A stretch of DNA of 52,003 nucleotides from Bacteroidota bacterium (GTDB taxonomy: Bacteria > Bacteroidota > Bacteroidia > Cytophagales > MED-G16): positions 1 through 52,003 of the forward strand of contig JAYZHZ010000103.1 of the NCBI GenBank assembly GCA_036166035.1, read 5' to 3'. The translations under genes and the position numbers were made by a program. This document shows positions 7,178 through 15,814 of the stretch, piece by piece. Below the pieces are notes generated by a model. The model had not been told where the DNA came from, did no database searches, and saw only the letters and a list, made by a program, of their open reading frames with translations. How positions within the stretch are numbered: position 1 is the stretch's first letter; every line of letters begins with the position of its first letter.

Positions 7178-8494
7178 TTAATAATTCTTCATCACAAACC
7201 ACTTCCATAGTAGTTTATAAGTAATTTTCGATCCTGAAGTTAGAATTCCAACTCTGTATATTCTACCTGCAAACCATAACGAAAAAACTACTGAAAGTAT
7301 CAGTAAAAAAATTGAAAGAAAAAGTTGCCAGTCTGGGACACCAAAAGATAATCTTGCCATCATGAGAATAGGAGAAGTAAGAGGAAACATACTCAAAAAT
7401 ATAGACGCATTACCTTCAGGATTTTCAAGAATAACAGCCATAAACATTAAACTAGCAATAATAGGTAGAGATATAGGCAATGTAAATTGATTAGCATCTT
7501 GTAAGTTATCAACTGCAGATCCAATTGCTGCAAAAAACGCACCATATAGAAAAAATCCACCCATAAAATAAATTAAAAATGTGATTAAAAGCTTCTTTAT
7601 GTCAACAGATGAAAACATCTCATAAATACCCATAACCATCTCCCTTGACTCATTTATATCTGCTTCAGAAGCAACTACCTGTGTTGGTTCAACAGAGTTT
7701 ATACCAAAATAAATTGAAGTAACAGTTGAAATTGAAGAGATGAGTATTATCCATATAAATATCTGCGTAAATGCAACAGCACCAACACCAAGAACTTTAC
7801 CCATCATCAATTGTGTAGGTTTTACAGAAGAAATTATTACCTCAACAACTTTACTTGTTTTCTCATCAAGTACACTTTGAAGTATAAAACTACCGTATAT
7901 AAAAACAAACATATATATCAAGAATCCATTAAAATAACCTAAACCAAAAGCAAGACCTGAGTTTGATTTTTTAACATCAATTTCTGAACTATCTGAAGAT
8001 AAATTTTCTTCAACACTAAAAGTATTCATTGATATTCTGGTATCAAGTTTATCTAATGATTCCTTGTCAAGTTCTAATTCTAAAATTTTTTTATCTCTAA
8101 TTCTTTTCTCTAGAATATCTTCTAATTCATTAATGAAATCATTACTTGGTATATTTTTTGAGTAAAAGTTTATTCCTTTAGGTTTGTAAATATCTAAGTC
8201 AGGAATAGTTAATACTCCATAAATTTCTCCTGAAGTAACTAAAGGCTGAAGTGTTTCTAAATCTGAATTTGTTGGTACAATTAAATTATTACCAATAGAT
8301 AAAGTATCACTAATTAATTTTTTTTCGTCTATTAAAGAAATTACTTTTTCATCATCATCATTACCGATTAAAAAAACTGCAATAGTAATAAAAACAGGAA
8401 ATATAAGAGGTGTAAGAATTGTAGAGAGAATAAATGATTTTTTCATTACCCTTTGTAAATATTCCCTCTCAAAAATTATCCAGGTTTTATTCAT
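7178..8494 (-). CDS. ABC-2 type transporter permease (NatB-like)
   Basis: 438-aa ORF. One N-terminal TM helix, a large extracytoplasmic loop (about residues 45-190), then 5-6 TM helices. Overlaps the upstream ATPase gene by 8 nt. Confidence 0.75.
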   Translation of the reverse strand: MNKTWIIFEREYLQRVMKKSFILSTILTPLIFPVFITIAVFLIGNDDDEKVISLIDEKKLISDTLSIGNNLIVPTNSDLETLQPLVTSGEIYGVLTIPDLDIYKPKGINFYSKNIPSNDFINELEDILEKRIRDKKILELELDKESLDKLDTRISMNTFSVEENLSSDSSEIDVKKSNSGLAFGLGYFNGFLIYMFVFIYGSFILQSVLDEKTSKVVEVIISSVKPTQLMMGKVLGVGAVAFTQIFIWIILISSISTVTSIYFGINSVEPTQVVASEADINESREMVMGIYEMFSSVDIKKLLITFLIYFMGGFFLYGAFFAAIGSAVDNLQDANQFTLPISLPIIASLMFMAVILENPEGNASIFLSMFPLTSPILMMARLSFGVPDWQLFLSIFLLILSVVFSLWFAGRIYRVGILTSGSKITYKLLWKWFVMKNY

Positions 8495-9404
8495 AATTAC
8501 CCCCTTCTTTAACTTTCATGATGAAAATATCATTCATGTTTGGAATCTTTTGTTTGAAAGAAATGATTTCAGTGTAATTAGAGATTTCTACAATTAAGTC
8601 TCTAGATTTATTACCACTTCTAAGTACGACCTCAGATTCATAAATATTCTTAGAAACTTCTTCAGAATTGATAATTTCAAATAAATTTTTATTTGGATTA
8701 AGTTTCTTATTATGTGTTATAAGATAATTTTCAGACTTAGAATTCATCTTAATCAAATCTGTATTCCCATCAAGGATTTTTCTGGATTTATTGATCATTG
8801 CTAAATGATCGCACAGTTCATCTACTGACTCCATTCTGTGTGTTGAGAAAATAATTGTTTTCCCTTCTTCTTTAAGTCTAAGAAGGTTTTTCTTTACAAG
8901 ATTTGCATTAATCGGATCGAATCCAGAAAATGGCTCATCAAGTATAATTAGATCTGGGTTATGAAGAACAGTTGAAATAAACTGAACTTTTTGGCTCATC
9001 CCCTTAGAAAGATCCTCAATATTTTTTTTCCACCAGTTTGAAACCTCTAAATGATTAAACCAATCTCTTGATGAATCTATACACTTATTTCTATTCAAAC
9101 CTTTTAGTTTACCCATAAACAATAGAAAATCTCCTACTTTCATTTTTTTATATAAGCCTCTCTCCTCTGGCATATAACCAATCTTTCTCACATCATCGTA
9201 TGTGATTTTATTTCCATTAAGTAAAATTTTACCTTGATCTTGATTGATTATTTGATTTACAATTCTAATTAATGAAGTTTTTCCCGCTCCATTAGGACCA
9301 AGAAGTCCAAATATGCTAGATTTTTTGATATCTATAGATATATCATCTAATGCCTTATGGCCAACATAGGATTTAGAGATATTTTTTATATTTAAAATGT
9401 CCAT
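8487..9404 (-). CDS. ABC transporter ATP-binding protein (NatA-like)
   Basis: Walker A GPNGAGKTS, ABC signature LSKGMSQKV, Walker B LIILDEPFSGFD. Confidence 0.9.
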   Translation of the reverse strand: MDILNIKNISKSYVGHKALDDISIDIKKSSIFGLLGPNGAGKTSLIRIVNQIINQDQGKILLNGNKITYDDVRKIGYMPEERGLYKKMKVGDFLLFMGKLKGLNRNKCIDSSRDWFNHLEVSNWWKKNIEDLSKGMSQKVQFISTVLHNPDLIILDEPFSGFDPINANLVKKNLLRLKEEGKTIIFSTHRMESVDELCDHLAMINKSRKILDGNTDLIKMNSKSENYLITHNKKLNPNKNLFEIINSEEVSKNIYESEVVLRSGNKSRDLIVEISNYTEIISFKQKIPNMNDIFIMKVKEGGNYE

Positions 9405-9463
9405 TTGAAGATGCGAATATAATCTCTATAATCAACAAAATGATATGTGAAAAGATTAAATTA

Positions 9464-10186
9464 TTAAAAAAACTTCATTACAATTTTTTCCGGTAAAATT
9501 TTTATAAGCAAGGAGATAATCTTCCATCTTCTAGTTATATAGATAACCTTACTTTCGGCATCAATACCTTCAACTATCTGACGACATGCTTTATCAACTG
9601 ATGAAACCCATATCAGTCTATCTTTATTTCCCTGAAGTATTTCGGTATCAACAAATCCTGGTCTTACATCTGTGAGTTTAATTGGTAGACCTAATCTGTA
9701 AGCTTTAAATCTTAACCCCTGAAGATAATTTGCTTGATATGCTTTTGATGCATTATAAGAAGGACAAATACCATTACCTATCTCAGCAGCAACTGAACTA
9801 ATATTAGAGATTTGTCCATATCCTTGAGTTTTAAAATAATTAAATCCCCAACCGACAACTTGAGTGAAACCTGAAACATTTAGATTATTTACTTTTTTTT
9901 CAATGTCATAATCCAGCTCTTTATTTACAATTCCTATACCAGAAGAGTATACTAATAAATCAAGCCCACCAAGTTTATTGACTAAATCATTTAACATGTC
10001 AATATTTTTTTCTGTTGATGAATCAAAGGGTTTTACAATTACCATATCTGAATCAATAGATTTTATTTCTTCCAATCTTTCTTTTCTTCTTGCAGTAATA
10101 GCAATCTTATACCCTCTTTTTAATAATTCTAATGCTATTCCTCTTCCTATACCAGATGATGCGCCAATAATTATTGCTCTTTTCAT
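9464..10186 (-). CDS. Short-chain dehydrogenase/reductase (SDR) family oxidoreductase
   Basis: N-terminal IIGASSGIGRGIA cofactor motif and catalytic YNASKAY (YxxxK). Confidence 0.85.
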   Translation of the reverse strand: MKRAIIIGASSGIGRGIALELLKRGYKIAITARRKERLEEIKSIDSDMVIVKPFDSSTEKNIDMLNDLVNKLGGLDLLVYSSGIGIVNKELDYDIEKKVNNLNVSGFTQVVGWGFNYFKTQGYGQISNISSVAAEIGNGICPSYNASKAYQANYLQGLRFKAYRLGLPIKLTDVRPGFVDTEILQGNKDRLIWVSSVDKACRQIVEGIDAESKVIYITRRWKIISLLIKILPEKIVMKFF

Positions 10187-10218
10187 TTTAATTTTTTATC
10201 AATTTAAATATTTTAATA

Positions 10219-11403
10219 TTAGTCAGGATCACATTTTAAAAAATTTGGTTTTGGAAGTAACCATGAATCTGCCCCCTCATAAAAATTATCACATTCTGTG
10301 ACATTGTCAACATTCCAATTAGATAAATCTTGGTTAAAGTATTTTGCATTATAAAACATTTTTTCCATGTTAGTTACATTTTCAACATTCCATTGTTTTA
10401 AATCTTGATTAATATCTGTTTCATAAAACATTTCTTGCATATCTGTTACATTAGAAACATCCCAAAGTGATGGATCTGGATTAGCATAAGCTGCACCCCT
10501 GAACATTCTCTTCATATTTTTAACTTTTGAAACATCCCAGGAAGAAATATCAACATTTAAATTATATGAATGAAAGAAAAGACCCTCCATATCTTCAACA
10601 CTACTAACATCCCATTTGGATATATCCTGATCAAATTCCATTAAATTCCAAAATGTAAAATACATTGATTTAACGTTACTTAAATCCCAAGATGACATAT
10701 CAAAATTATCATTGATTTTACATGGTGTTGCACATATAACATTTGTTTCTTCTAAAAAAGTTGTAACAATTTTATTATAACTATTGTAACTTGGAGGATT
10801 TAAACTCTTTATGTGATTCCAGTCTCTTATAATTTCAACTTTGTCACCTTCAAAGAATACTACTTTACCAATTGAATCTATCGCTTCATCCGTAGCCTTA
10901 AGAGTAATCCCATTTTCATCTAAGTAAATAAGAGGGCAACCAACACTTGAAACTGATGTATTTAATGGAGTATTTTGACAAATATCAAATTCATTCAGTA
11001 CTCCGTCTTTATCATAATCAGCTTGTAAACTCGAACATCCTTCATTATTAACTAAAATACCAGGAGGAGTATCATTACATTTATCAAAATCATCACTAAT
11101 TCCATCACCATCAGAATCCTTTTTTCTAAATTCCACAAAAACAGTTTTATCAGAATCCATTATAATTATTACAGTTGGTTCACTACTAAAAACATCTCCC
11201 TGCCATCCAATAAATTCATAATATTCATTTGGAGTAGCCTCTAAAAAAATTTCTTCTCCCATTTTATAATCTCCCCCATACGTATTTACAAATCCTCCAT
11301 CCTCTGGGTAAATAACAACTAATAACTTATAAATTGGTTCTTCACAAGAAATAAAAAATAGGGAAATAATCAAATAAACATAGAGCTGTTTTTTAATAGA
11401 CAT
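10219..11403 (-). CDS. Mosaic surface lipoprotein: InlB-B-repeat-like domain, thrombospondin type-3-like Ca-binding repeats, DUF285/BspA-like 26-residue repeats
   Basis: Lipobox FFISC followed by EE. GG-F-V...Y..GEEIFLEATPNEYYEFIGWQGDV resembles the divergent InlB B-repeat. DSDGDGISDDFDKCNDTP and DYDKDGVLNEFDICQNTP resemble TSP3 repeats. About 6 tandem W-D/N-V-S-N-V-x-x-M-x-x-M-F repeats sit at the C-terminus. Confidence 0.65.
   Translation of the reverse strand: MSIKKQLYVYLIISLFFISCEEPIYKLLVVIYPEDGGFVNTYGGDYKMGEEIFLEATPNEYYEFIGWQGDVFSSEPTVIIIMDSDKTVFVEFRKKDSDGDGISDDFDKCNDTPPGILVNNEGCSSLQADYDKDGVLNEFDICQNTPLNTSVSSVGCPLIYLDENGITLKATDEAIDSIGKVVFFEGDKVEIIRDWNHIKSLNPPSYNSYNKIVTTFLEETNVICATPCKINDNFDMSSWDLSNVKSMYFTFWNLMEFDQDISKWDVSSVEDMEGLFFHSYNLNVDISSWDVSKVKNMKRMFRGAAYANPDPSLWDVSNVTDMQEMFYETDINQDLKQWNVENVTNMEKMFYNAKYFNQDLSNWNVDNVTECDNFYEGADSWLLPKPNFLKCDPD
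10264..10707 (-). repeat. Intragenic tandem array of about 6 DUF285/BspA-like repeats of about 26 codons
   Basis: Residues about 233-380: SSWDLSNVKSMYFTF / SKWDVSSVEDMEGLF / SSWDVSKVKNMKRMF / SLWDVSNVTDMQEMF / KQWNVENVTNMEKMF / SNWNVDNVTECDNFY. Confidence 0.7.
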
Positions 11404-11412
11404 ATATGAATA

Positions 11413-12180
11413 TTAATTTATTGGGTACATGTTAAAATTTTGCTCATCAAAATATTTAATTCTATTTGGAATTGCATCTTCTATTGTTTTCTTAAGGGAT
11501 TCAGAAATTCTATCAGATCTATATCTAACTGCAAGATAAGGGAGATAACTTTCGGCTATGTCTTCCCTGATAGGATTATCTCTAGCATAATCTGATATAA
11601 ATTCACAATCATTTTCCTGCGCATTTAACCAACCAGCAGACTCTGCATGGTAAGAGTCTAAAGATGTATGTGCTGCCTCATGTACTAACGTCTCTTCAAG
11701 TATTCCCTGATTTTCATAGTTCTTTTCTGACCAGTCAGTATGAATTAATAAATTGTTATTTCCACCACCAAATGGTTCATCCCCTCTATGAATCCAGGAG
11801 GTTTGTACATCTTTTCTTAGCTGCGTAGTTAACCTACCTATCACCTCAGCATATTTTAGGGCATATATATGAGCATTTTCCCAAGTTCCAAACTCTGGAT
11901 TAACTTGAATTTCAATAGTTAACCCATCATCGTACTCTGCAGGAAATAAAAAAGGTTCCAGGGTAACCCATCCTGATCTTCTATCATACATTTGTCTGCT
12001 TCCAGTACCAGCATATGATAAACTTACAAAAGTTGTAGGATCTTCCTGTGTTATAATATCCGGATCAATAAATATAGTTCCTCCAAATGGAGGATTATAA
12101 TTCTGATCACACTCCTCTGTCTCATTCACATTTTCTTTAGAACAAGAAAAAATTAGAAATAGTAAAATTATTCTCTTCAT
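11413..12180 (-). CDS. Lipoprotein with HExxH motif (putative zinc metallohydrolase, family not recognised)
   Basis: Lipobox LIFSC. A single HExxH (LVHEAAHTSLD) lies in the C-terminal half. I could not place the remainder in a named family by eye. Confidence 0.4.
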   Translation of the reverse strand: MKRIILLFLIFSCSKENVNETEECDQNYNPPFGGTIFIDPDIITQEDPTTFVSLSYAGTGSRQMYDRRSGWVTLEPFLFPAEYDDGLTIEIQVNPEFGTWENAHIYALKYAEVIGRLTTQLRKDVQTSWIHRGDEPFGGGNNNLLIHTDWSEKNYENQGILEETLVHEAAHTSLDSYHAESAGWLNAQENDCEFISDYARDNPIREDIAESYLPYLAVRYRSDRISESLKKTIEDAIPNRIKYFDEQNFNMYPIN

Positions 12181-12221
12181 TATATTATGTTAATCTAGAT
12201 AGATTATCAATTAAAATCATA

Positions 12222-12854
12222 TTATTTTTTTCTAAATAAGGTATAAATGTATTTTCTGGTATTTCCGTTTGAAGGATGGTTATACAAATAGTTAAATGAC
12301 TCTAATAATTGAAAATCCTCTCCAAGTCTATATTGTAACATTTCTTCACTATAATTTAAAATATCTAGTCCACAACATTTTTTTGCTCCATCTTTAGCAA
12401 ATTCTGAAAAAATAACATACCCTCCACTTCTAATTTTACTTTTGAGTAAATCAAAATAAGCTTCTTGTTGATTCTTTTGAACAAAAAAGTGTAAAACTGC
12501 TCTATCATGCCATAAATCAACCATATCAAGATCACACAATTCTTTTGGATTTGTAAGATCATCAATAATATATGATATACCACTCTCATCACCTATGAGA
12601 GACTTTAAGGAATTAATTGCTGATGAAGATATATCATTCACATGAAGATTATTATACCCTTTTTTTAATAGTAATCCTATAAGTAATGAAGAACCTGCCC
12701 CAGCATTAAATATCATGGAATCTTTAGAAATTTTACATTTCTCAATTAAATCGAAAGAAGCTTTAGGATTATCTTCGTACCAACCGAGTTCAGTAGCAGA
12801 ATTATTGTTATATGCATTATTCCAATGACTTTTATAATCATATTTTTTTTCCAT
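12222..12854 (-). CDS. Class I SAM-dependent methyltransferase (cytoplasmic)
   Basis: 210-aa ORF with no signal peptide. SAM motif I-like IFNAGAGSSLL, then an acidic residue at the end of beta-2 (LHVNDIS). Confidence 0.7.
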   Translation of the reverse strand: MEKKYDYKSHWNNAYNNNSATELGWYEDNPKASFDLIEKCKISKDSMIFNAGAGSSLLIGLLLKKGYNNLHVNDISSSAINSLKSLIGDESGISYIIDDLTNPKELCDLDMVDLWHDRAVLHFFVQKNQQEAYFDLLKSKIRSGGYVIFSEFAKDGAKKCCGLDILNYSEEMLQYRLGEDFQLLESFNYLYNHPSNGNTRKYIYTLFRKK

Positions 12855-12862
12855 TGTAGTTG

Positions 12863-13381
12863 TTAATTATTTGGAAAACCTGGACTAGGATTATTAAAAA
12901 ATATCCATTCCTCGAAATTATCAGAATTTCTTCCCATAGAGATATCAGTAGTTTGCTGTCCATATGTTAGTGAGTCAACGACTGAAATTCCATCTGATCT
13001 CAATAAAATTATAGACTCTCCACCTTTTTTTAATTTTTTACTTACATGAAGTGGACCCTGTTCCTGATCATCATCACACCAAATAAGTAGGTATCCCTTT
13101 GAGGCAATTGTTGTCTTTGATGGATCATTGCTTGGGATTTGATATGGTTTATCGTCACCTGGTGTATCAGTAAAATACATCCCCCCTATATCAATTGGAT
13201 CAGGTGTATCATTATAAAGTTCTACCCAGTCATCATAATCATTAGAATCGTCAGGACAACATGCGTCATTGCTTGCTAAGAACTCATTAATAACAAGACC
13301 TCTGCTAGTATTTTGAGTAATATCAACCTCTTCACAAGAGATAAGAAAAATGAATGATATTATAAAAATAAAGTTTTTCAT
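12863..13381 (-). CDS. Stand-alone lamin-tail-domain (LTD) lipoprotein
   Basis: Lipobox FLISC followed by EE. LTD pattern: LVINEFLASN, DWVELYN, IDIGGMYFTD, GYLLIW. Confidence 0.7.
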   Translation of the reverse strand: MKNFIFIISFIFLISCEEVDITQNTSRGLVINEFLASNDACCPDDSNDYDDWVELYNDTPDPIDIGGMYFTDTPGDDKPYQIPSNDPSKTTIASKGYLLIWCDDDQEQGPLHVSKKLKKGGESIILLRSDGISVVDSLTYGQQTTDISMGRNSDNFEEWIFFNNPSPGFPNN

Positions 13382-13396
13382 AATAACTAATTTAAA

Positions 13397-14689
13397 TTAT
13401 CTTTTTGGAATATACCATAATTCATTTTTTGAATCAAATCTTCCCCCGATATCTCTTTCAACTAACCTAGTTATGATAATCAACCCTTTTTCAGACATTT
13501 TATCAAAACTATCAATATCATCATCAAAATTCTGTCTTGTTCGATGTATAAAATATTGGTTGGAAAAAACTCTATCAAATACCTTTTCTACACCATCTTT
13601 TCCTAGAATAAAACCTAAGAGTCCTCCCCAAGTAGAAGTTGGATTATCAGAATCCCAACCCGATAAAGTGCCTATTTTTATAGTTTTCTTTAAGTCACCC
13701 TCACCCCAAAATAAACTAACAAGGCTTGCAGCAAAATTAATTCCAGCGGCAAAGCATCCATTACAGTATAAATTTTTCGAGGTTATACCGTACCCATCCA
13801 AACCTTTAACCTGATATCTTTGATAGATATTATCCCTTGCCTCTTCCCAAGTTTTTCCTTCTATATACTGAGAGAGTACATAATCATACATTTTAGAAGA
13901 ATAAGAAGTGTCTGGAAGAATTTTTCTAGATTCATCAGCTATTGCGAACAAATTATCTTTTATATTTTTTTTGGAATCTATTTCTGCTGCCAGTGAGTAC
14001 ATAGATACATAAAACTCAGAAATCCATTGAGCATCATATCTGGCTGTTGTTTGAATTGGTAATTTTGCCATTTTTCTTGCAATATCAGGTCTGGATGGAG
14101 CAAATAATCCAAATATCTCAGTAGTAAGTTGAGCATCAATCATCTCATAATCTGGATTAAATTCGGGATCACTAGTAATTGGTGGTAAAATACCATCATT
14201 CATAAGATCAAAAGCTCTCTGATTAGAGACCCAAAGGAAATTCTCTTCATCTTTCATAATATGTTTTATCCAACCATCTCTTATTTGAGATGCTGACAAA
14301 AAGGATGTATTATTTTGAAAGAGTAATTCCTGATACATATATTCAATATCCGTATCATCATCAGCAGGCCAAACTCCATCTTGCTCAAAAACAAAATCTA
14401 TCGTTTCTGACAAATCACTGGGTTTTGGATTAAATATGCTGGGTTGATCAGGTTTACCCCAATCATCAGAGGTATAAAAATCTCCTGTTTTTATTTCACC
14501 AATATTACCAATTTTGTCCATCTCAGTTACAAGTCCAGTCATATTTGCAATACATTGACCCAACCAGAAACCCTCTAACTTATTCTTGTAATCGGCACTA
14601 GAAATTATATTGAATTCAGTATTATCTTGATTTGAATAGCTGCATCCAAAAATAAGTGAAATTATCAAGAAATATTTATGATAATTCAT
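13397..14689 (-). CDS. Exported ADP-ribosylglycohydrolase-fold (ARH family) lipoprotein
   Basis: Lipobox IFGC. ARH-like motifs: GFWLGQCIANMTGLVTE (N-terminal Gly-rich motif, degenerate), WPADDDTDIEY, and C-terminal GWDSDNPTSTWGGLLGF (the D-x-D-T/N metal motif). Confidence 0.6.
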   Translation of the reverse strand: MNYHKYFLIISLIFGCSYSNQDNTEFNIISSADYKNKLEGFWLGQCIANMTGLVTEMDKIGNIGEIKTGDFYTSDDWGKPDQPSIFNPKPSDLSETIDFVFEQDGVWPADDDTDIEYMYQELLFQNNTSFLSASQIRDGWIKHIMKDEENFLWVSNQRAFDLMNDGILPPITSDPEFNPDYEMIDAQLTTEIFGLFAPSRPDIARKMAKLPIQTTARYDAQWISEFYVSMYSLAAEIDSKKNIKDNLFAIADESRKILPDTSYSSKMYDYVLSQYIEGKTWEEARDNIYQRYQVKGLDGYGITSKNLYCNGCFAAGINFAASLVSLFWGEGDLKKTIKIGTLSGWDSDNPTSTWGGLLGFILGKDGVEKVFDRVFSNQYFIHRTRQNFDDDIDSFDKMSEKGLIIITRLVERDIGGRFDSKNELWYIPKR

Positions 14690-14701
14690 CTGAAGTATTA
14701 A

Positions 14702-15814
14702 TTATAATTTTAAAAATATTTTTTTCTTATAAAGATAATTAGCAGGAATAAAACAGATTCCGGTATAAAATAAAGCCCAAATAAAAGATGCCAACTTTGG
14801 ATATATTCCCAAACTCACCATACCACCATATAACATATCATTCAAAGAGCTACCACCAATAATTGAGAGTTCATACATAAACCAAACAAGCATCTGAGAT
14901 AGTGCATAAATAGCTATCGAATTACTACCAAAAATTATCCCTATTTTTAACCAAGACTGATATTTCATCAGATCACATATCCAGATTGACGTTGCAAGAA
15001 TTAGAAATGCCCAACCTGAAGTATACATTACATAAGTACTTGTCCATAGGTTTTTATTGATTGGAAATAGCCACTCCCAAACAAAACTATCAAGCAAGCA
15101 AAATACTCCGACAACAAACATCCATATAACTATTTTTTCTGCTTTCAGCTTAGATATAATCAAATGGCCAGCCATCATACCACTTATACCAGTAGCAATA
15201 GCTGGGAAGGTACTTAAAATACCTTCTGGGTCCCATGTTCCCTGCCACATTGTACCTGGAATTAAGATACTATCAATATAGGCTGCAAGATTTTTACCTG
15301 GTTCCAAAACACCTGGACCTATTCCTGGAACGGGTACAAAAACCATAACTACATAATACCCTACAAGTAAAAATAACATAACTATTAATTGCTGGAACCA
15401 GGAAGAGTGGTTGTATAAAATTGCACAAGAAAGATAAACTAGTGCAATTCTTTGTAATACACCCGGAATCCTAATATCAGAAAGACTAAATGATTCACCC
15501 AGACCAACAACATGATACATAAACTCACCAAAACATCCCAAGAAAACACCCAAACTAAAGATTTTTATGGATCGAAAGAGAATATTCTTTGTTGATGAAC
15601 TTGTTCCTTTATTTCTTTGAGATAATACAATAGAAACCCCTACAATAAAAATAAAAAACGGAAATACAAAATCTGTAAGAGTGATACCGTTCCATTCGGC
15701 ATGAAGCAGTGGAGCAAAAGTATTGTCCCAATTACCAGGATCATTAACAATAATCATCAGTGCTATAGTAAACCCTCTAAATGCATCCAAAGAAATTAGT
15801 CTGTCATTCATCAT
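14702..15814 (-). CDS. Heparan-alpha-glucosaminide N-acetyltransferase-like membrane protein (DUF5009/DUF1624)
   Basis: 370-aa polytopic membrane protein, about 10 TM helices. Family-typical N-terminus RLISLDAFRGFTIALMIIVN. Overlaps the GH20 gene by 11 nt. Confidence 0.7.
   Translation of the reverse strand: MMNDRLISLDAFRGFTIALMIIVNDPGNWDNTFAPLLHAEWNGITLTDFVFPFFIFIVGVSIVLSQRNKGTSSSTKNILFRSIKIFSLGVFLGCFGEFMYHVVGLGESFSLSDIRIPGVLQRIALVYLSCAILYNHSSWFQQLIVMLFLLVGYYVVMVFVPVPGIGPGVLEPGKNLAAYIDSILIPGTMWQGTWDPEGILSTFPAIATGISGMMAGHLIISKLKAEKIVIWMFVVGVFCLLDSFVWEWLFPINKNLWTSTYVMYTSGWAFLILATSIWICDLMKYQSWLKIGIIFGSNSIAIYALSQMLVWFMYELSIIGGSSLNDMLYGGMVSLGIYPKLASFIWALFYTGICFIPANYLYKKKIFLKL

Noticed and set aside
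9978-10301. 107-aa plus-strand ORF spanning the SDR start and the adhesin 3' end.
   Set aside because: It is antisense to two well-supported genes and bridges their intergenic gap. Its composition is typical of a spurious AT-rich frame.
12855-12875. Cassette-like sequence TTGTAGTTGTTAATTA on the plus strand just upstream of the methyltransferase start. Similar look-alikes lie inside coding sequence at about 39766-39784, 31358-31372 and 34048-34064.
   Set aside because: They have the wrong orientation or lie inside coding sequence, have no start codon at the characteristic 4-6 nt distance, and match only partially. They are compatible with chance in AT-rich DNA.
13350-13814. 154-aa plus-strand ORF antisense to the LTD and ARH genes.
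   Set aside because: This is the longest antisense ORF, but it has no motifs and a Ser/Pro/Phe-rich low-complexity sequence. It also overlaps two motif-supported genes.
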